Below, piece by piece: positions 18,797 to 24,533 of a DNA stretch of 26,141 bases. Position numbers and translations under genes: made by a program. The stretch is from Candidatus Thorarchaeota archaeon (GTDB lineage: Archaea; Asgardarchaeota; Thorarchaeia; Thorarchaeales; Thorarchaeaceae): positions 1 through 26,141 of the forward strand of contig PRDI01000097.1 in assembly GCA_003345595.1 (NCBI GenBank). Reading direction: 5' to 3'. The notes beneath the pieces are model-generated. The model saw only the letters and a program-made list of their open reading frames with translations. It ran no database searches and was not told the DNA's origin. How positions within the stretch are numbered: position 1 is the first letter of the stretch; each line of letters begins with the position of its first letter.

Positions 18797-19228
18797 CTAT
18801 TGGGATTTCTTCGCCATTTGCCTTCCGATTATCGTCAGGATTGTGCCTATCCAACCTAGCGACTGAGCTTCCAGCATTAGGGAGCTGACGAGAACCCCGA
18901 AGCCTGATGTCCAGAGGATCTCTATCAGAGAGATCACAAGCCCAATCAGACCCATGCCGGCGCCTAGACCGATGATGAACTTCCCTGTGCCCACTCGGGC
19001 ACCAGTGAGGAGAACGCCCCCGATGATCACGCTGATGCCGCCCAGCCCAGCTAGGAAGAGCAGGACGTACATGATGATGTTAATCAGCCACATGTAGGGT
19101 ACAAGAGCCGGTATTGAGGCCGCGATGTCGTCCATCAGTTCTAGGAATCCTAAGCTTCCAGTTGTGCTGGTGGCTATCAAGAGTAGGCCGCCCACGATGC
19201 AGAGCAAGAACGATGTTCGGTTGTGCAC
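18797..19228 (-). CDS. Small Gly-rich 4-TM hypothetical membrane protein
   Basis: Almost entirely hydrophobic with GxxxG-like patterns; GGTGA SD before GTG and AATATA upstream. Confidence 0.8.
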   Translation of the reverse strand: MHNRTSFLLCIVGGLLLIATSTTGSLGFLELMDDIAASIPALVPYMWLINIIMYVLLFLAGLGGISVIIGGVLLTGARVGTGKFIIGLGAGMGLIGLVISLIEILWTSGFGVLVSSLMLEAQSLGWIGTILTIIGRQMAKKSQ

Positions 19229-19288
19229 ACATTCACCCGGGCGTTGATGGTCTGAAGTATCCTATATTCGTATCCTTCTTGCGGCTCT

Positions 19289-20197
19289 CTAGGTGATGTC
19301 TGCCATCATGACCGGCCGTCTCTTCAGGAAGTCGAATGGTGCGTCAAACCCGCAGTTTCTAATCAAGTCGAGGGCCCTGTCAACATCTGCACCCACATCT
19401 GCGGGATTGTGAGCGTCAGAGCCAACAGTCACTGTCGTGATACCCGATTTCCGCAGCGCTCGAATCAGAGATGATTCAGGCATTGGTTCCTGCATACCCT
19501 TCCTCCATGACGACGTATTGACTTCGAAGCCAACAGCGTGCGCCTTCATCTTGGCTGTGAGTCCCTTCAGGTGCGACGACCACAGGGAGTGGATTTCGTT
19601 TCCATAGAACCGCTCGCCGTACCGACGATATATGTCCAAGTGGCCGAGCAGATCGAAGAACCCGGTTTCCACACATTGAGTCAGAAGACCGTAGTACCTT
19701 TCACCCAGTTCCTCCAGCGAGAGTTTCCGAAAAGTCGTGAGCGCGTCCTTCTCTGTGGACATCTGCATGTGGTCAACGAGATGAACTGAGCCCATCACTA
19801 AATCGAACTCTGTCTCATGGAACTGATCGGGCAAGACTTCCAAGGCCCCGGGATAGTAGTCAACCTCGACACCCAAGCGGACTTGGAGTCCACGATCCCT
19901 GAAAGAGTCACCGGCAGTCCTCACTTCAGACTCGTAGTTCTCCAGCCAGCGGCCGTCGAAGACGCTGAGCCTCTTGCCGTTGACAACAACATATGCATCG
20001 TCGTAATCTGGGTCGGTGTCTAGATGCGTTGTAAAACAGATCCCCCTGAGACCCATTTCGACTGCTTTGAGGCAGAAATCCTCTACGCTACCTTTGGCGT
20101 CAATCGAGTAGTCGGGATGGACATGGAGATCAATCACAGGATGGTTGCCGGGCCTCCCAAAGCAAACGACCCTATCAAGGCTCGAAATGTGTTTCAC
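19289..20197 (-). CDS. PHP-domain phosphatase, histidinol-phosphatase HisJ/HisK family
   Basis: IDLHVHPDYSID, ICFTTH, GVEVDY, GSVH, GHLD, EVNTS, GSDAH. True start may be GTG 20137. Confidence 0.85.
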   Translation of the reverse strand: MKHISSLDRVVCFGRPGNHPVIDLHVHPDYSIDAKGSVEDFCLKAVEMGLRGICFTTHLDTDPDYDDAYVVVNGKRLSVFDGRWLENYESEVRTAGDSFRDRGLQVRLGVEVDYYPGALEVLPDQFHETEFDLVMGSVHLVDHMQMSTEKDALTTFRKLSLEELGERYYGLLTQCVETGFFDLLGHLDIYRRYGERFYGNEIHSLWSSHLKGLTAKMKAHAVGFEVNTSSWRKGMQEPMPESSLIRALRKSGITTVTVGSDAHNPADVGADVDRALDLIRNCGFDAPFDFLKRRPVMMADIT

Positions 20198-20247
20198 GCA
20201 TATCTTCTTGCCGATATGGTCCCCGGTGCAATGCTAGTGGTGATTTG

Positions 20248-20282
20248 AGGAGAAAAAAGAGGAATGAAGAAGCAGGTGCTTC
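20248..20282 (-). terminator. Short hairpin plus oligo-T terminator of the PAKK-protein gene
   Basis: Minus strand after the stop: GAAGC-ACCT-GCTTC then TTCATTCCTCTTTTTTCTCC. Confidence 0.65.
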
Positions 20283-20645
20283 CTACTTCTTCTTAGCTGG
20301 CTTCTTGGCTGGCTTCTTGGCCGCTTTAGCGGCTGGCTTCTTGGCTGGCTTCTTAGCTGGTTTAGCAGCTGGCTTCTTGGCTGGCTTCTTAGCTGGTTTA
20401 GCAGCTGGCTTCTTGGCTGGCTTCTCAACTGGCTTGGGCGCTGGCGCTGGGGCCGGTGCTGGCTTAGGCGCTGGCGCTGGGGCCGGTGTTGGTGCTGGAG
20501 CCGGCCTAGGAGCAGGCGCTGGAGCCGGCCATGGAGCCGGTGTCGGTGCTGGAGCCGGCTTAGGAGCCGGTGCTGGAGCCGGTGTGGGTGCTGGAGCCGG
20601 TGCTGGCTTTGGAGGCTCTGACCCTGGTTTTGGTGGTTGTGCCAT
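20283..20645 (-). CDS. Low-complexity Pro/Ala/Lys protein resembling a histone H1 tail (PA repeats plus PAKK/PAAK repeats)
   Basis: 120 aa with 26 Lys, 1 Arg, 2 Glu; third-position variation between repeat units fits this frame; own TATA box and T-rich terminator. Confidence 0.75.
   Translation of the reverse strand: MAQPPKPGSEPPKPAPAPAPTPAPAPAPKPAPAPTPAPWPAPAPAPRPAPAPTPAPAPAPKPAPAPAPAPKPVEKPAKKPAAKPAKKPAKKPAAKPAKKPAKKPAAKAAKKPAKKPAKKK
20286..20604. repeat. Coding tandem repeats (6-nt PA units, 12-nt PAKK units, one exact 36-nt duplication)
   Basis: GGCTTCTTGGCTGGCTTCTTAGCTGGTTTAGCAGCT at 20335-20370 and 20371-20406, plus a partial third copy; GGTGCT/GGAGCC/GGCGCT hexamers beyond. Confidence 0.9.
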
Positions 20646-20742
20646 GACTTGTTTCCCAACTCGCTACTTTGTGTGGGTTGCTTCATGACATCAGTCTCGT
20701 GTGATGAAGCTCTATCCCGCCCGTCGCATAGTGAATCATCTC

Positions 20743-20750
20743 AATATAAA
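20743..20750 (-). promoter_or_regulatory. TATA box for the PAKK-protein gene
   Basis: TTTATATT on the minus strand preceded by purine-rich GACAAAATCG; predicts a TSS near 20720. Confidence 0.6.
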
Positions 20751-20795
20751 CGATTTTGTCAGAAAGCCACTGAGGGAGCTTGCGGCACCCATGAT

Positions 20796-22031
20796 TCACG
20801 CGTCAGCTGTTCCCGAATCTAGTTCTGCCCCGACAGATGTTGGCCGCCACACCTTGGATCTCTTCTCTCGGAGAAACAATGAAATGACGCCTGCAATGGC
20901 TGTTGTTGAGGCCAGAAACAGGATTGACGCTGAAAGGCCGTAAGTATCCCCTAGAGAGCCGAAGACTAGAGGTGCAATGGCCCCCGGAAGCGCTCCTACC
21001 GAGAACAGGAGGCCAAAAGCGAGCCCTCTTGACCTAGTTGGGCTAACTTCCGTTTCGAAGGCCTCGTTCGGAGGAACTCCGAGGAAGTAGAAGAATCCGA
21101 AGATGATTAGTACTGCAATTACAAGTGTTTGGTCAATTGATGTGTTGAGCAACAACAAACAGGGAGTAATGAGTGCGTTGGAGAGCACTATAAACGGCAC
21201 TCGCCGCCTGAGCCTGTCTGAGAGGGGAGCCGACACAACTTCGCCAACAAGCCCTCCCACAAGCATTATGGTTGTCAAGGATCCTGCCCAGACGGGCGTA
21301 TAGCCGAATCTGTCAACAAGATAGACTGGCATCAGCATTGCAACGCACCTAAATGGTATTCCTCTGAGGCCTGAAAGAATCAGAATCAGGGCGTAATTGC
21401 GAGTCCAGCCTTCAACATCGGGCTCTCGCTGAACTGTAACGTGACAGGCAGGAGGTTCTCTGCGTCCCCAGGCCATAAACATCGAGGCAGAAGCAAACAG
21501 AACAAAGCCCATCATCCCGAGAACGAACAGAGACTGTTGCCATCCTCCGAGTAACACGAAGAGTGTGATTCCTAGAGCTGGTACGACTGCCATGCCCACG
21601 AGTCCCCCTGCCGCCTGTATGCCGGCCGCTGTGGCCCTAGAGCTTCCGGGGAATCTCACCGTAAGTGCCGGGAATGCGCAGGGATGATAGGCTGAGGCGG
21701 CCAGACCTAGAAGGACCTGACAGAGGATTAGGAAGGCTAGCGTAGTCGCGAGGCTTGTAAGGAGCACGACGAGAGCAGTGAACAGAATACTCGCAGGGAT
21801 CAGGATATCCCGCCACCCCTTGTCCGAGAGATACCCCACGAGCAAGTGCGACGCAGTCATAGTGAACACTGCTGCACTTGTGACAAGCCCCACTTCCGTG
21901 AGACTCAGCGAAAGCTCGTCTCTGATGATGGGCATGAAAGGTGAAAGAGCACCGGTGTACAGATGATTCGAGAAATGGGCGACCGTACAGGCTGCCAGTA
22001 CTGCAAGTGAGGCTCTCGTTGCTCTGGACAC
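20796..22031 (-). CDS. Major facilitator superfamily transporter (Fsr-like)
   Basis: About 12 TM helices; GYLSDKGWR and LSDRLRRR motif-A-like loops; AYHP; GSLGDTYG; GTG start. Confidence 0.9.
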   Translation of the reverse strand: MSRATRASLAVLAACTVAHFSNHLYTGALSPFMPIIRDELSLSLTEVGLVTSAAVFTMTASHLLVGYLSDKGWRDILIPASILFTALVVLLTSLATTLAFLILCQVLLGLAASAYHPCAFPALTVRFPGSSRATAAGIQAAGGLVGMAVVPALGITLFVLLGGWQQSLFVLGMMGFVLFASASMFMAWGRREPPACHVTVQREPDVEGWTRNYALILILSGLRGIPFRCVAMLMPVYLVDRFGYTPVWAGSLTTIMLVGGLVGEVVSAPLSDRLRRRVPFIVLSNALITPCLLLLNTSIDQTLVIAVLIIFGFFYFLGVPPNEAFETEVSPTRSRGLAFGLLFSVGALPGAIAPLVFGSLGDTYGLSASILFLASTTAIAGVISLFLREKRSKVWRPTSVGAELDSGTADA

Positions 22032-22154
22032 GCGGGCGACCTCTTCAGTGTGACCGCGTTTGGCCCTCGAATTGTCGCACAGTTAAGCATGCTGGTTTGG
22101 AGGTCCGTCCCGTGAGATGGGCTCAGACCTCCGCGTAGCTCACAAGTACCGTGC

Positions 22155-22246
22155 TAAAAGAAGAAGGAAAGAAACCGACAAGTTGGTAGCTGGCGACCAG
22201 AGCTATGCCCCGGTCACCAGCACCGCTTCGACTCGGTAGTTTTAGC
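22155..22246 (-). ncRNA. Candidate ~90-nt structured non-coding RNA (unknown family)
   Basis: TTTTAA box at 22270-22275 (-), long G-U-supported hairpin, T-rich end, no ORF. Confidence 0.5.
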
Positions 22247-22295
22247 GACTATGCCCTGTGATTCCCGGCTTAAAAGCTTCCAAGACCACGCAATG

Positions 22296-22317
22296 GAAGT
22301 GTATCCATCCACACTTC
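22296..22317 (-). terminator. Hairpin just downstream of the S8 protease stop
   Basis: GAAGTGT-N8-ACACTTC, 13 nt after the stop at 22331. Confidence 0.4.
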
Positions 22318-22330
22318 GGTTTCGACGTTC

Positions 22331-24292
22331 TTACGGCAGTCCTGTCAACCACTTGACAATCTTGAGCGCCAGTACATCATCATCATGTGAACTGTAGCGG
22401 CCGGCCATGCCCCAATTGTCGACAAAGAAGTTGGACCCGGTCACAACTATTCGACCTCCGCCGCCTCCTTGCCTGCAGGCCAAGACTGTGCCCGAGTTAT
22501 ACCGAGCAAGAGACACCGCGCCTATTGGAATGGCTATGGTCGATCCTAGATAATCGAAATCACTCACTCCTACGGTTGTCGGATGCGTAGTGATGTCGGT
22601 GATAAGCGCTGGCGAGTCTCCAGACGGGACGCTTGTGTAACTCAGGGAGAATCCTGTCCAGTTGAGAAAATCGTTCAGTGAGCTGATGTCAACACTGTCG
22701 TTGGAGAGAGCGGCCACGAAGATACCGTGACCTGCGTCGAAGTACTGCTGGTAGGCTTCCTCTTCTGCCTGAGAGAACGGGATCGAGAATATCACTGGTG
22801 CAAGTGGCTCTGTTTCATTCAATTCCCAAGTGCATGGATCCAGCAACAAGACGGCGTCATACTGCGATAGAGATTCGAAGGTTGTTGCAGAACTATTGCG
22901 CAGCTCGGTCACTGAAATCGAGTTCGATGTCAGTTCCGTGTAGAGTTCCTTGAACTGCCCATAGACAGTGTCCATTGACCATGCAGTGTGACTGATATCA
23001 AACGCTACTCGTGCAGCGGGAGTTGTGACATTGAAATCGACACTGACATTGGCGCTTCCGCCGGTTTCCGACACGAACTGGATTTCTGCACTGTATACGG
23101 CGGAACCGTTGCTAGGAACTTCAACCATCATAGGAATCAGGCCTGTCTGATTGATGGTCACGGCCTCCGGCACGTGAAACACGCTTGGAGTGACAGTCAC
23201 AACCTGAACATCAAAGACTGCGAGCTTAGTCGTGAAGAGGGTCAACTCAAACTCATAGGCATCCCCGTAGAAGAGTTTCTCGAAATCCAGAGGTAGGCTC
23301 ACTGGTGACACATAGGCCAAAGCAGGAAGGCCTTGAAGGTTTGTACTCTGTGCTATCAATTGTATAGATCTGTCCACATTGAGTGCTCCTGCACCAACCA
23401 TGTACTCTGGCCAGGGGATTGGGTCTGCACCTTTTAACAGAGCAGTCATCACAAGACCTGGTGTCCATGATCGGTTGTTCGCAAGACAGTATGCCACAAT
23501 GTCCGCCGCGGCCGCAGCAACCCTAGGAGATGAGAATGAAGTGCCATAGTATATGGTTGTCGTAGTTTCAGTATATCCGAGCGCGGCGATGTCTGGTTTC
23601 ATGTACCTCGATTGAGTTGGTCCGAAGCTAGTGAAGTAGTACGGGTCGTTCTTGTCGTCGATACCTGCAACAGAGAGACAGGCTGGGAAGACTCCTGGCG
23701 ACGCGATACTGGTCCCTGCAATCCCGCTGTCCCCTTCATTGCCTGCTGACGCAACGACAATCACGCCATGGGAAAATGCATACTGAACAGCCTGCTGGCC
23801 TGGATCCCCAAAGGTAGGTGTCGAACCTATCGAGAGATTGATGACACTGCAGTTCTGTTCAATCGCCCAGTAGATAGCTGCTATAATCCCGGCCGTGGTG
23901 GCTGAACCTTGAGGCCCAATCACCTTTGCAATGACTAGGTAAGCGCTGTCGCTCTCTGCGGCGATCAGCGTGGAAACGAGTGTCCCGTGCGGCACGCCAT
24001 CAGGCTCAGCATCACTCGTGGACGCATCATTCAGGTCATAGCCATACTCCGTACTGACGAAGCTCTTCTGTGCAACCACTCTGTTCTCGAGACTAAGACC
24101 GACGTTTATCCCGGAGTCAATTACCCCGACTCTCACAGATTGGCTGGATGGGCCAATTGGAATCAACCCCAGCAGGATCACCATGCCTGTGGATACTACA
24201 ATCAGCAGTATCACGATTACAGCGAGCAGCTTTGTAACGCTTGTCGACGACCCTCGTCTGGAAGCAACAGGGGTTTCCCAGTATCTATACAC
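22331..24292 (-). CDS. Membrane-anchored subtilisin-like S8 serine protease with C-terminal GATase-like/DUF4350-like domain (Site-1-protease-like architecture)
   Basis: Catalytic motifs VIDSG, HGT, SAGN, GTSFSSP; N-terminal TM; C-domain RVAFDISH...LSQYDAVLLLD...GRIVVTG. GTG 24292 after AGGAG is preferred to 24364. Confidence 0.9.
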   Translation of the reverse strand: MYRYWETPVASRRGSSTSVTKLLAVIVILLIVVSTGMVILLGLIPIGPSSQSVRVGVIDSGINVGLSLENRVVAQKSFVSTEYGYDLNDASTSDAEPDGVPHGTLVSTLIAAESDSAYLVIAKVIGPQGSATTAGIIAAIYWAIEQNCSVINLSIGSTPTFGDPGQQAVQYAFSHGVIVVASAGNEGDSGIAGTSIASPGVFPACLSVAGIDDKNDPYYFTSFGPTQSRYMKPDIAALGYTETTTTIYYGTSFSSPRVAAAAADIVAYCLANNRSWTPGLVMTALLKGADPIPWPEYMVGAGALNVDRSIQLIAQSTNLQGLPALAYVSPVSLPLDFEKLFYGDAYEFELTLFTTKLAVFDVQVVTVTPSVFHVPEAVTINQTGLIPMMVEVPSNGSAVYSAEIQFVSETGGSANVSVDFNVTTPAARVAFDISHTAWSMDTVYGQFKELYTELTSNSISVTELRNSSATTFESLSQYDAVLLLDPCTWELNETEPLAPVIFSIPFSQAEEEAYQQYFDAGHGIFVAALSNDSVDISSLNDFLNWTGFSLSYTSVPSGDSPALITDITTHPTTVGVSDFDYLGSTIAIPIGAVSLARYNSGTVLACRQGGGGGRIVVTGSNFFVDNWGMAGRYSSHDDDVLALKIVKWLTGLP

Positions 24293-24533
24293 ACCTATTC
24301 TTCTCCTGTCAATGCCAAAAGAATCTGTCGGAGCCTGTAACACCTGCAACCATTGCGATAACACGTTTACGTGCTTTTGAACGGGCTTCTGCAGAGCGTC
24401 CAGGTACTCGGCTCAAAGAAGCTTCAAAAGGTATGTTCATGGGAAGTACAACGCTCAAGACTGCCTGGACCTGTTACAAGTTGCTTTATCTGTGAGCGCC
24501 GTTCAGAGTGCTTATCCGACCGAGGGACATATC

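Noticed and set aside
20335-20425. 36-nt direct repeats as a CRISPR array
   Set aside because: Contiguous with no spacers, coding, and no cas genes nearby.
20234-20686. Q/R/H-rich 150-aa minus-strand ORF
   Set aside because: Alternative frame of the same repeats; unit-to-unit changes are synonymous in the PAKK frame, and this ORF runs through the terminator.
20245-20688. Silk-like GAGAG/AGFL ORF on the + strand
   Set aside because: Antisense shadow of the PA/PAKK repeats; the promoter and terminator are on the minus strand.
20680-20710. SECIS-like AUGA...UGAU core on the + strand
   Set aside because: The upper helix is far too short, there is no apical AA, and no + strand gene with an in-frame TGA lies upstream.
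22153-22330. tRNA, 5S rRNA or SRP RNA
   Set aside because: No cloverleaf or T-loop, no 5S conserved motifs, and too short for archaeal SRP RNA.
24374-24470. Short inverted repeats CTTTTGAA/TTCAAAAG and GTCCAGG/CCTGGAC in the divergent gap
   Set aside because: 7-8 bp arms, widely spaced and interleaved; compatible with chance.
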